Shown here: positions 13,027 to 35,899 of the stretch, one piece after another
Position numbering within the stretch: the first letter of the stretch is position 1
Layout of the letters: every line of letters begins with the position of its first letter
Source of the DNA: Sphaeroforma arctica JP610
Lineage: Eukaryota
Length of the DNA stretch: 64,000 nucleotides
Assembly: GCF_001186125.1 (NCBI RefSeq)
Contig: NW_014040465.1
Location: 38,306 to 102,305, forward strand
Direction: 5' to 3'
The notes under the pieces: model-generated
Told to the model about the DNA's origin: nothing
Seen by the model: the letters and a program-made list of their open reading frames with translations, nothing else
Database searches by the model: none
Translations under genes and position numbers: made by a program

Positions 13027-14028
13027 CTTTCAGTGAGTCATGAGTTTATCAGTCGATCCCTATTCTAGCTCATCTCTAATTATTTACCTAGTAGCTTTAA
13101 GATTTAGATACACGTATAGAACTATTCATTAAACTGTATGGATCGTGAGTAGAGTACATACATACTTTATAGTTTATACAACTAAATCAATACAGCTGTA
13201 GCTCCAATGGTATAAAATAGTAGGCTCAGTCACATAGTGCCATCTGCCATGTATTTATATTTTAATGTGCTGTTTAGGCCGAGCTTGAGCCAGAGTTGAC
13301 GGCTGATGCAACATCAAGACTCAAGAGAATGCTCTCGCGTCGAGCCGTTGCCATGGAGGAAACTCAAACTGGAAAGCTATCCTCGCAATGAGTCATACGG
13401 CATACCGAACCTCTCAAAGTCTCAAGTCTCAACAGTCAACAGTCAACAGTCAACAGACAGAGTGAGTACTGACACCCTGGATGGTTTCTCAACCACAAAA
13501 AATGCACTTTGTTTTTTTCAAAACAATTGATTGAATTTTTTTTTGCGTGAAGTTAACTCAGAACTCAGTAGCACCGTGGGGCGTGGTGGCGAGGTCTCAA
13601 CGAAGGTTACTCGTATAAAAAAAAACTACGATAGGTCACTCATCAGTCATCACTCATTAATATTTCTTTGGAACAAAGCACATATTGACTCATGAGTAGT
13701 TGAGTAGGACTCAATCTCAAATCTCAAATCTGCCAAGGATTTTTTTTTTAAATGTTTTACTCTCTTGGGCTTGATAACAACGCAAAACGTCTTGATTTTT
13801 GAAAATATGAACTTTAGGAGATACACTGATACACATCACGGCTTGACAATGACACATGGCTCTACTCAGAGTAGAGAGATAGTGTGTGAGAGAGAGTGTG
13901 TGTATGTGTGTGTATGTGTGTGTATGTGTGTGTATGTGTGTGTATGTGTGTGTATGTGTGTGTATGTGTGTGCGTGTGTGTGTGTTTATATCTATATGTG
14001 TGTGTGTGTTTGTGTATGTGTGTGTGCG

Positions 14029-14129
<101 letters not shown>

Positions 14130-15392
14130 NNNNNNNNNNNNNNNNNNNNNNNNNNNNNNNNNNNNNNNNNNNNNNNNNNNNNNNNNNNNNNNNNNNNNNN
14201 NNNNNNNNNNNNNNNNNNNNNNNNNNNNNNNNNNNNNNNNNTTGTGTGTGTGTGTAAATTTAGAAGAAAAATCTTGGGCTATGGTGCAATCGCTTAAAGA
14301 TGTTGTGCTAAGCTGCCCTTTCTTCCAGTGACAGGGGTGGAACTTCAAATATAGACTCGATTCCAGACTTTGATAGCGGAAAATGCTTAGAATGACCTTT
14401 AATTAAGCAAGAATATCACCCGGACAAATTGTGGGAATTGTATTTGGTTCGAGACTCGATTCTGATTATTGCCCGCTCACCATTTAAAAGGCACTTTCAG
14501 TACGAAATTTCAACTTTTGAGGCCAGTAATCGACATGCTGGGCCATTTATGAGATCAATCTATGTGTCAGAAGTTTGAATTGATTGTTCCCTCATGTCTA
14601 AAACGGTATCTGAATGTTTGTGCCAGTCACAAGTAGTCTTGATCATGTTCGTATACATAAGCTTTTGAAGTATTATTAAAGAGACGTTTAAGCATCTGAG
14701 TGGTGGGATGAACAAGCGGCACTCTCTGCGTGATCATGGCAATCAGTTTTGACCTGTCACACGTGCAGAAGCTTATGTACCTGATGCAGAGGAAAATGCG
14801 TCACGCGATAGTGATAGTGATCTTAATGACGACGATATCGGAGATATACAGAAGGAACGTGATAAGATGGGAATATCGTCAGTTTAGGAGTGTACATAGC
14901 ACCCAAAGGACAAGTATAATGAAGAGACTTCCAGGAAGGTATGTCGGAACAGCAGAAAGAACACAGAGGCGCAATAAATTAATATAAGTTCGTGAAATTT
15001 TCGATTGGAATTAAGGCCAAGGCCAAGGACAACAATGGCCGCCCCATGTCCCCATAATGGCCGCCCTAAGTCACTATATATCCTGGCTTTCCAGTATAGT
15101 ATTAAAACTGCAGGACACAGTTATGTACACTCTGATCAGTAGATGTGACGTGAGTTACAGAACACCCTTATTTAAATTTTCAACTAATAGTAAACCATTT
15201 ATTTACGTGTACGCCTGTACGCCGGGACGGTCCACTACACAAGCAACGACTGGCACAAATATTTTAAAAACCCCCCCCCCCCCCCCCAAAACGCTGATAA
15301 CTATGCAACGCTAAATAAAAAATATACTCGCGTAAATATTTCCTTTTTGGAATTATCATGTTATTGAGTTTCATACGAGACACTAACCGGAG

Positions 15393-15474
15393 TTCAAGTT
15401 GTCCGAGTGGTTAAGGAGTGAGACTTGAAATCTCATGCTCTCTGAGCGCGTAGGTTCAAATCCTGCACTTGAAA
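15393..15474 (+). tRNA. trnS-UGA: tRNA-Ser (anticodon UGA), 82 nt, long variable arm
   Basis: Acceptor stem TTCAAGT/ACTTGAA; D arm TCCG-AGTGGTTA-AGGA; anticodon stem TGAGA/TCTCA with loop CTTGAAA; variable arm GCTC/GAGC; T arm GTAGG-TTCAAAT-CCTGC. A TTTT Pol III terminator follows. Confidence 0.9.
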
Positions 15475-18018
15475 AATTTTGCTTTTGTATATAGCCTGCT
15501 GGAATGAGGAATCCTTTTGTGTTTTATTTAGTAGTAGGCCATGCCTTTTGACAGAATTATGTTTATATCAAAAACTGGGCACTCCCCACGCCTCCAATTG
15601 TCTGCCGTTGGCTTTCCTGCAACACCACCACTGCAGCAGCATGCCAACGCTATGCTTCTTGCAATCATACCTATCAAAATGCTTCCGCCGCTCCCCAATG
15701 GTCGGCTGTCCAAATCTGCTTCTGGAACATTGCCTTTTTCCTTTGGATCCGAACTGTCCCNNNNNNNNNNNNNNNNNNNNNNNNNNNNNNNNNNNNNNNN
15801 NNNNNNNNNNNNNNNNNNNNNNNNNNNNNNNNNNNNNNNNNNNNNNNNNNNNNNNNNNNNNNNNNNNNNNNNNNNNNNNNNNNNNNNNNNNNNNNNNNNN
15901 NNNNNNNNNNNNNNNNNNNNNNNNNNNNNNNNNNNNNNNNNNNNNNNNNNNNNNNNNNNNNNNNNNNNNNNNNNNNNNNNNNNNNNNNNNNNNNNNNNNN
16001 NNNNNNNNNNNNNNNNNNNNNNNNNNNNNNNNNNNNNNNNNNNNNNNNNNNNNNNNNNNNNNNNNNNNNNNNNNNNNNNNNNNNNNNNNNNNNNNNNNNN
16101 NNNNNNNNNNNNNNNNNNNNNNNNNNNNNNNNNNNNNNNNNNNNNNNNNNNNNNNNNNNNNNNNNNNNNNNNNNNNNNNNNNNNNNNNNNNNNNNNNNNN
16201 NNNNNNNNNNNNNNNNNNNNNNNNNNNNNNNNNNNNNNNNNNNNNNNNNNNNNNNNNNNNNNNNNNNNNNNNNNNNNNNNNNNNNNNNNNNNNNNNNNNN
16301 NNNNNNNNNNNNNNNNNNNNNNNNNNNNNNNNNNNNNNNNNNNNNNNNNNNNNNNNNNNNNNNNNNNNNNNNNNNNNNNNNNNNNNNNNNNNNNNNNNNN
16401 NNNNNNNNNNNNNNNNNNNNNNNNNNNNNNNNNNNNNNNNNNNNNNNNNNNNNNNNNNNNNNNNNNNNNNNNNNNGACTGTTATCGTTAGCTTCTACAGT
16501 AGTACATTGTGGCAGACTATTATCGATAGCTATTGATGATTACATAATAGCATCACATAGCTATTCGAACAGCCCTTCACTGCACAATAGACACTACTAA
16601 CTGCTATTTTTAGTAATGACTTGTACATTTAACGCAACAGTGTCTAGAGTATCAAATTTTCAATGTTCTGTTTGTTACCAAATGCTACAAAGTGAAGGTA
16701 CAAACAGTATTGGCAAAAATAAAATTACTATCCACCATTAACGCGCTATGAGAAACCACAGTGTGCACCTTCTGCGCAAATCTACAGACAATCTGATGTA
16801 ACATGTCTTCTGTAGGACCCAAAGAATTGCACACCAGCACATCAAGGCATTTGAATATTAAAAAAACAGTAGGTAACGTTATGCTATCGCTCGCAGTTGG
16901 TGGGGAAGGAGCTGATGCCCAGTCCAAGTCATCATACGTGTGATTAATTATTGTAGATTGATGTGGAGACATGGATGGATGTCGATGTTTGCGCTTTGCA
17001 ACATCTCTACTATACTATTATTTGCAACATCTCTACTATATTATTCAATGGTAGCTTGATCTACCCTCTGCCAAAGCTGCAATTGACACTTTGGTAGTCA
17101 GTTCGCAGTATCTTTTTGAGATCATAATATTACAGGAGTCCAATACAAGCGTGTGCCAAAAGGAATGCGTGCAAATAAGCTACTGAAGCCTTGGTGGAGA
17201 TACAAAGTGAGAATAGGGCTCTTGGGATTGCTGAGTAATCGGATATGTCACTGTTGGGGATCGAGTATACGTGAGAAATAGTAGTTGAAGAGCCTCGCCA
17301 ATTGGCTGGCGTCGTTGAACTGTACATACAAACTACTTCGCAATTACGTCCAGTATCGGACTGGTCCAGACACATTCATACTTTCTGGATAGGCCGTCTT
17401 TTCCTATGGCTGTTCTTCCTCAGAGGTATTGCACCTGTGACAGCAACACCACACGTGCTTGCTCGATCGGTGATGCACCTTTGTATTTATTTTGGCTTGC
17501 TGTCGCTTGCTGGGTCTATGTTTAAAGTTTGCGTTGTTGTTTTCAGTTGTTTTTCCTCCTAATTTCGTTTCGCTTTCTTCATCCTCTTGTTGGTATCAAT
17601 TGCTGGTCCACCGGACGTCCGCTTCTCGGGCGTGTCTTTGCTAATTTTACTGCAGATTGTATGTAACAACTAGGTGATTAACGCTTGGCTTTTGAATCTA
17701 GGCTAATTGCACCTTTTATGCGTAGAATACGGATGCTCATGAAATGCGGATTGTGCACCACACGTCCAGGTGTGCAATGTACAAGTTTTTATCTCAACGA
17801 ACATATCTGTGGTTTAGGATGTAACCTGACTGTCAAAATCTATGAACAACGCAAACATCGACTTGACAACTGTCGATTTGTATTTGAGAAGACACAGAAA
17901 GTGATCAGAAAACGGTAATTCATACACTCGCGATCTCAATTGCTCAACTGTTTCCAAGGGCTAAACGACAACCCCAGACGAGTGCGTGGAGCGAACTTAT
18001 TGGAAACACTCGCGCTAC

Positions 18019-27486
<9,468 letters not shown>

Positions 27487-28142
27487 AGCTGGGTGTATGC
27501 TGGTAACGTATAACGATACCGATGCAGTCTTGAGTCACCTATATTCAGACTAGAGCTGTAGTGCCAAATACAAACCGCCACTCTATACAATTATGTATTT
27601 ATACTGAATGTCTTTAGGTTTCTAGAAATAGTTCTATATTTACTTCAGTGTGTGGAACTGTGTTCACCAAATGATTTTGAAAACCCTGGAGAGTAGGACC
27701 CTAAGCAGGTCTCGATTGAAACCGCCAATTAAATCGACTAACCAATACAATTGTCCCTCAGCTCAGGCTCGAGTACGTACGGGTTTTGAGTACGTAAATG
27801 CCCCTGTTTTCTGGCCATCCTGGAATTTTCGGGTGTGTTTCAAGCACGATCGAAAATAGATTTACGTTTTTAATACATATGGGAATCGCAGATTCGCATG
27901 GAATTCCAACTGATATGGATTTGGGTCGAAACTTTGGTACAAAATGTATATCACTACGGCTGGGACCCATTCAGATCACCAAATACCTCGCAACCTGTGC
28001 GTAGTAAAGTAACTAAGTTCCACTCATACACGCTACACTAACACACAGAGTCACTTGCCGAAGCTAACGAGCACTTTACACGAGTTCGGAGTCTTGCGAG
28101 TGATTCTCAGAACTAATAAAAAGGACGAATTTTGGCCATAGT
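27487..28142. promoter_or_regulatory. Probable bidirectional promoter between MetRS (-) and importin-alpha (+)
   Basis: The two start codons diverge and lie only ~655 bp apart in an otherwise gene-sparse window. No specific motif was identified. Confidence 0.55.
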
Positions 28143-28690
28143 ATGTCAAATATCCTCGGCGCTGCAAACATGAACGGATCACCTAATACAACCGAGACCA
28201 CCCGTGTGGTTAAGAACAAGGGCAAGGATGCCGATCACATGCGCGAACGCAGACGTGAGAGCAACATAGCTCTACGCAAAAATAAACGAGAGAAGGAGGT
28301 GTGTTTCAAGAGTTGTGTATTGAGTTGGTATGTCTGTGTGCGTCAACTAGTTTGGCCGATGTTGTTACCGTATTATGCTTATACGGAGTGGTTAATTAAC
28401 CTGAGTGCTGCGTGTTATGCTTATACGGAGTGGTTAATCAACCTGAGTGCTGCGTGTAGAAGTGTACCAACCTAAAAGTACAGCGTTTAGTTTAATTGAA
28501 GTTTTTGAGTACTTGATTTTTCTTTATAAGTGTACTATACTGCTGTAGAATGGTTTTGTTTTTGCTGAACTCGTAGAGTTATTTCGGTTAGCTGTCCTCG
28601 ACCGAGGATATGCATGTGCGGACCCGTGTACGTCGTGCATACTCATTTTTAAAGTAGGGGTATATCCAAACATGTCCACATGATTTTCTG

Positions 28691-28750
<60 letters not shown>

Positions 28751-29001
28751 NNNNNNNNNNNNNNNNNNNNNNNNNNNNNNNNNNNNNNNNNNNNNNNNNN
28801 NNNNNNNNNCTGTGCGTTCTGGTACTGGTAGCTAGCAAGCGGAAATTTTTTATGTATTTGTATATATTTGTATGTATGTATGTATATGCATATATATATA
28901 TATACATATATATATTTCTATATATCTATATATATATATATATATAAGTATGTATGTATTTATATATATGTGTGTGTGTGTATGTATGTATGTATATGTA
29001 T

Positions 29002-29035
<34 letters not shown>

Positions 29036-29067
29036 TTGTGTGTGTGTGTGTGTGTGTATGTAGATAC

Positions 29068-29105
<38 letters not shown>

Positions 29106-32100
29106 CTGTGTGTGTAAATGAGCATATGGGTATGAAACACATATTTTACACGCCCCAAGTTCAATTTCGCGTGCAAAGAGGCGCCACTATGTATCTTGTT
29201 TAGTACTGCCTGTAGTGGTTTCCTCTCGTGATTTACATAGTCTAGTGTAGCGGGCCTGTTTGGCCAGTGCCCGATATATGTCGCACAGATAGTCATTGCG
29301 CGTATTCCTCTGTGCGGGATGTGATATGTCAAGGGTTTGTTTGGATTTGGTACAGATAGGCTTTCCTCAGTTGTTTCTAACACGTACTTGATAACTGGTG
29401 CAGTGTATTGTATCCTGCCCAATTTCGCTATCAGCCTACACTAGTATTGACAATACCGTTTTTTTTTGTACACGTGTGGTTAGGTGCGCGTATTGCAGAG
29501 GAATAGAATATAGATACTTTCTCGGTTCAAAACAATCTATCGGCGCACATTAATTAACTCGGCTTGATACTGTATACAGAGTGTTCGTTTAACGCCCAGC
29601 GTACGCACACATGAGCACACCCCATACACGCACTCGCAGCATTATACAAGATTTTGGGGTACTGCACGCATATACATGCACACGTTGATTATTCCAGGCC
29701 TTTGATACACCCCAATGCACACGTGCACATATACACGAACATGATCTCTTTCACTGACAAACATCCCCCACCGCCTCACAGATGCTGCAAAAACGACGCA
29801 ACGTTCTGAGTGTGGTCGAAGATGAAACCAGTATCGAGAACGGACCGGCCCTGCCCTTAGACAACCTGGTGCAAAGTCTCATGTCTGAAGACCTCGAGTC
29901 GCAGTACGCAGGCGCCCACGGCATCCGAAAGATCCTCTCCCGGGCCGAAAACCCTCCCATCAAGGATGTGTTACAGTACGCCGCAGTGGTACCACGCATG
30001 ATCAGCTTTCTTTCCGAGTTGTACGACGGACACACAACCATACAGTTGGAGGCGGCCTGGGCCCTGACCAACATCGCGTCTGGTGACAAGAACCAGACAC
30101 TCGCCGTGGTCAAGGCGGGGGCCGTGCCGAGTTTCGTTCGACTGCTCAACTCGCCGGCCGAGGATGTGGCTGAGCAGGCTGTGTGGGGTATGTGGGTGAG
30201 GGTTTGTGTATGAATGAGACATGTATTGTGTATGTTATGTGATCTGCGTGTTGAGAAGATTGGTCACTATATCGTCTGCTGGTTTGTTGGTGCGGGTTTG
30301 TCGAGTTTTGTTCGACTGCTCAACTCGCCGGCCGAGGATGTGGCTGAGCAGGCTGTGTAGGGTATGTGTGCGTGTAAGTTGTTGTGTTTTTTTGTCGGGT
30401 GATTATGTATGTATTTTTTCCTTTTGGGTTTATTTGTCTCCGTGGTTGTGGTGGGTGTGCACTGGGCAGTAAGAGGTATAAGTCGAATTGAAAGACATGC
30501 ATGATTCCGTGGGGTGGGGTGTATGGGTAGCTCTGAGTGTCTTTGTCTGCATATATGCACACAGTTGTGGGAGCGTATCCATCTGTGCATGTACACACAG
30601 CTGTATATATCTATTAGTCTGCGTGGTCGTGTGTGTTCTTCTGGGTTGCGTATATTTTTTAAATTGGGATTTATTGGAATGGTTGTATGACACCGTGTGG
30701 TAGGTGTATGAGTTACGTTGGCTCGGAATATAAACACATTTGTATCTCACACTCCATTGCCCACTGACAATTTCACAGCACCGCATGCAATCCACCTGTA
30801 CTAATATGCATTCATGTGTATATACATATATCAATAGCCTTGGGAAATATCGCTGGTGACTGCTCGCAGTACCGTGACTATGTGCTGGAGTGTGGTGTGC
30901 TACGTCCATTGCTGGCTCTGATTGCCAATACGCACAAGGTGGGCGTAACTCGCAACGCTACGTGGGCGCTGTCTAACCTGTGCCGCGGAAAGGACCCTCG
31001 CCCTAACTTTGTTGTAAGTAGCAAGTGACCACGTGTGTGTTGGTGTGTGCATGCCTAAATTGTGCATTCTCCAGCAGCATAACATATAGCACGGATGCTT
31101 TTTGGCCTTTGCACTGCATGATGAAGCTGTTAGGCAAATCGTCGCAGCAACTTGGACCTCTGCTATCTTGGCTGTTTATTGTCTGATCTGTGAGTGGGTT
31201 ATATGTGACCCACGTGTCGTACTGACCGTGTGGTGCATGTTTGTGTGTGTGTGTGTGTGCTTCGTCCATTGAATAGAGGAGACTTTTATTCTCTTGATGG
31301 AATGTTTGTGTTTGTTTCCTAGGAGGAAGCGCACACCCCATCCACTGATTATAAGTATACGTTCTAGATCCTCGCTCTCGCTGGCGTTTGTTTTGAGTGA
31401 TGTCTGATGGTCGCATGCACTACTTCACATGTGTGTAGGAGGCTGTTTTATCGTGTTTTGTGCTGTGGGCCTTACCTTCAGAGCTTTGTTAGACCATCGG
31501 TTTGTGGTGGCATTCTAATATATGCATTGCAGCATATGAAATGACTGCAGTGTGTGTTTCTGTGTGAGTTGTGTCATGTGCACCTGGTTTACTCGCCACA
31601 CACCCTGCATCCCAATTGGGGCTAAATACCGTGCCCACACTCGCAAGCCTTCTATGTAGCAACCTGTGGGGTTTCCTCTCGAAACTTAATTGTATACCAA
31701 ATACAACCCGCGCTTTTAACAATTAGAATGTGCTTTTAAAAAACCCTACTCCGGACACTCCTCGCGCCACCCGCCCTAAACTATCTAGTGTTGTTACCTT
31801 TGACACCATATTCACGCCGTCTGTCTATCTCTGCGTAGGAGATCGCCCCAGCCGTCCCCACCCTTGCCCGCCTGCTGTATGGCGACGATGAGGAAGTGCT
31901 TGGTGATGCCACTTGGGCCCTGAGTTACATCTGTGATGGTGGCGACGACAAGATCAGCGCCGTCATCGACTCGGGTGCCGTGAGGCGTTTGGTGGAGCTT
32001 CTGATGCACACCAAGGTCAGCGTCAAGACGCCTGCCCTGAGGTGTATTGGTAATATCGTGACCGGTGCTGAGAATCCCACGCAGGTCAGTTGGTTGTTGG

Positions 32101-34967
32101 TTGTTGGTTCACGTCTATACCCCGTTTGCAATCTTAGCCCACTAACACTAGAAGGTCAGTTGGCAATCTGTGTGTCTGGCATTGGGTCGTTTACGCGTTG
32201 ATACCGTGTTATGTCGTCAATCAACCTTTTTCGAGCTGCAGAATGTTCCGCTGCGATCCCAGTGACAAAGTTTCTGGTACTTGTTGGATAGTTCTAACGG
32301 CTTACTTCGCTGTAACCCAACTGCACGATCTCGATCGCTCGTCTGGAGAAGGCTTATGCTAATCCGTTGATCCCTAACTCTTCCAGGTGGTCATCAATTG
32401 CGGGGCACTCCCTATGCTGTTGGCGCTGTTAGATTACAACAAAGAGACTATCAAGAAGGAGGCGTGCTGGACCATCTCTAACATCACGGCGGGCACACAG
32501 GCGCAGATACAGGCCGTTATCGATGGCAATGTTATCCCACCCCTGCTAAGGACTCTCACCAATTCTTCGGAACAGCGGGTGTGTTGGTGTGTGTCTGCGC
32601 ATGTGCAGTAATGTGCGGTTCAGTATACATGCCCTGGGCTTGTGTCGCAAACAGGCTATGTTTTGTGTGTGTATTGAAACAGTTGCATGTGTGGCCGTAC
32701 GTACATCAATGGCACATGATGTACGCGTATATGAGCGTTGTCTCCTTTAGTTCTAGATATTTAGTCATCCTGAGTGCGCACCTATTTACACAAAGCGTGC
32801 TCAGCATTGTGTGTTTTCTGGGTTAGATGCACATTTTATTAATTTTTTTTTCTTATCCGTGGAGATTGCGTACAAGTGGCGCCGATTCTTGCACGTGCCC
32901 TATGATTTTGGCGCGTGTACAAGTTACCTTGATCAGCCTTACTGCCAGATTAGCATCTGTGTCAGGTGGCTCCCGTGTCCGTTGTTGAGAGTCTGTGTCA
33001 CCACGTGTGAACTAACCTGCACAGATGGACATTGCACGCGGGTTTCTTCTCATTCCGAGCCTGTGCAGCGCTAGTTTCGGCCACACTTAAAACTCTTTGT
33101 GTGGAATTATTGCCAACTTTCGACCACACGTGGTGGGTAATTCACCACATTATTTCTCTCACATTTACAGACTCGCGACGAAGCTTGCTGGGCACTCGCT
33201 AATTTGTGTATGGGAGGATCGGATAGTCAACGCAAGTATGTATCTATGTGAACTGGCCGTAGCTACGTGCATAAACAGAGTATTATGTATATCGGTATAG
33301 CCCTACTGAATACATAAGAGTGGACCATTCATCACAACAGTCATGCTTTAGCTTGGCACTCACGGTATCATATTAGCCCGAGATCTTATAGTTTAACTTG
33401 GTGCGTTACCCATATTTGTTACATCTATTTCAGCCCCTGTGGCGCTGTCTGACTTGTTTTGTCTCCTTTTACTGCACTTTGCACCTCGCATACAGCACTA
33501 CTGTCACGCACTAAATCCCCATTCCCGTCCCCACTCACGTGTGTATTACAGATACCTTGTTGAGCAAGGATTCCTAAAGCCCTTCTGCGAAAACCTCAAC
33601 ACGTCCGCACAGCTTTGTAGGGTTATGCTGGAATCATTAAAGATGGTTTGTGAGGTATGCGGTTTGCATGTTCAATTAAACTAGGGAGTCAGATATGTGA
33701 CAGCGTTTCCACTTTTTGTAGAATTTGTTCTTTGGGTTTACGCATGTGTTTACGAAATGATGCGAACAACTGGTGTGTATACTTTTTTCGTGTCTTGTTG
33801 TATTGTGGCCATCCAGAAAGGTCGAGTCAGTTTGATTGTGATTGTTTTCTATTTATTTCATTCTATTTCCGTCGAGCCATTTACAATTAGGTCGTGTACC
33901 TCGTATGTTTACCAAACATCTGACACTCGTGCACGACTCAAGTATCTTTGTCTGGCAAAGCTTTGTAACGCTTATGTTGTTCATCTATCCAGTTGATTCC
34001 ATTGGCGCCAGTGCTATGGTCACTTTCATTGCGTGCTTACGCCAATTTTCTCCAGGCCCCTCGTGTTCTTCGCGTGTTGGTCATCTTTTAGTCATGTCAG
34101 TATCGAACAGTTGTCTTAGTTGTCTGTTGGTGTTATGCTTCTGTGGATTCAAGACGGTCGCGATCCGGTATCAGACATTTCTCTATATATTTGTACTAAT
34201 CAAAAGACCATATTGCTCATTCTTCACTTCCATTGATAATCGCGTTTTGATTGGATTTGCTATGCATGGTGTATCGGCTAGGTTACTATCTTTAGTCGGA
34301 ATAAAACATTTTTATGTTAAGTGAGATGCTAAATTATTACATTCACGTTCACAGACTGGTCAGACAGAGGCCTTAATTTCTGGACAAAAGAATTTATATG
34401 CGCTCTACGTCGAAGAGGTGGGCGGAGTTGACATCCTGGAGAGACTACAGGTGGGTGCCCATCATATAATTCTGTCTGCTTCATATTTTACGAATCTTCA
34501 AGTTTCATGTAATACAAGAGCATTTGAAATATACCCGTTTTTTTGTTTTGTTTTTTTGAGAAGCCGTGTGTTGTCCCACGTCCGCACATGTGGATATCGT
34601 ATTGACTGTATCCACACTGTGTGGTGTGCTCTACACATACACTTCTTAATTACTCAAAACTTATTCTTTGGAGGTAAGTTGCGTTGTGCGCTTTTCTATA
34701 CCTTGTTGTTATGCTACATAAATACGCACTTGTCGTATTCTATTTAACTTATGCAGCATCTTGTCAATTATTCTGACGATTTTAACCCCGTTGGTGTAAA
34801 AATTACAGGAACACGAGAATTTAGAAATCTACAACCTCGCGCACAATCTGATAATGGACTATTTCGCCGAGGAAGACGACATAGATGAGAACGTCGCGCC
34901 GCTGGCCGGAGATGATAGTTATCAATTTGGACAGGATACCTCGCAACAAGGAAGCTTTAACTTTTAG
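28143..34967 (+). CDS. KPNA: Importin subunit alpha (karyopherin alpha), 9 exons
   Basis: Exons 28143-28298, 29782-30187, 30838-31013, 31839-32084, 32387-32578, 33171-33235, 33552-33654, 34355-34450 and 34809-34967 join in frame. IBB domain ([16 protein letters not shown]...LRKNKRE...KRRNV); ARM repeats ([45 protein letters not shown]); C-terminal GSFNF-stop. Confidence 0.96.
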
Positions 34968-35899
34968 TTGAGATATAATATTAAAATACATGTGGTGATG
35001 ATATTTGTTTTGGCTGCCCTTTCTATTCTGCTATACAAATGTACATGTGTATTTATGTACGTATATATATATATATTAATATACTAGTATATATATATTT
35101 GTGTATATATATTATTATATATACATTTTATTATATACATGTGTGTGTGTGTGTGCATGTGTTGTGTGTTGTGTGTATATATACATATATAGGCCCTATC
35201 TTCTGTTTGATGTGAAGTATGAATACTGGAAATGCCCTACCAGATAAATTGAGCCTAGATCACTCATTTAGTATATAACCTATGCAAATTCTCCGGCTGA
35301 ATACCTCGAATTTCCTGAAGAAGTGGATAATAGCTGATAGTCTTGGAAGAAATATATAGGTCATAAAAGTAGAGGGGTAAGGCACGGTTGGTCCTGAATA
35401 AATAGATTTTAGTAGCCGGCATGAGACTGATAGTCCGGAAGAAGAAAATAGATATTGAGTCTGGGCTGCTGTCTTTTGACTAAACGACCTTGGAGACTGT
35501 CTCCACGACATTTCATCAGTGTACATGTCCGACGGGTGTCATTTTGTCTCCAAACATACAGACCATTGGTTTACGGGGAAAACTCCTACAACTGTTCAGC
35601 TCTGTTAGTTGTTGTGAACAATGGCAGTATGTACCGTGTTCTCGAAATTCAGAACATGAATATACTTCATGGTTTATTTACACTTAAACCAATGGTCCTA
35701 TTGACCTGCCCTATTCCATCTACAACTGATTCTAAATGGACCGGACGACGACGTCCTACACCATGACATCAAAAGACATCAAAGACAAACAGAAGACATT
35801 GGAAACACGACAAAGACACAAGTTTTCAGGCGGCCTGTCTATTTCTTTTACCAACCCAGGATAAAGGGTAGAGGACTGATGCTTTCAAAGGAATAGATC

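Noticed and set aside
14270..15070. Possible hAT transposase dimerisation-domain remnant
   Set aside because: Too degraded; no diagnostic motif or TIR/TSD could be confirmed by eye.
15479..16600. Long ORFs spanning N runs (also 25410-26514, 13765-14348 and the 5' part of 44548-45891)
   Set aside because: Open only because N codons are not stops.
16600..17900. Coding-like degraded sequence (also 45830-47350 and 48560-50760)
   Set aside because: Short interrupted ORFs with no recognisable family motif. Left unannotated; a translated search would be needed.
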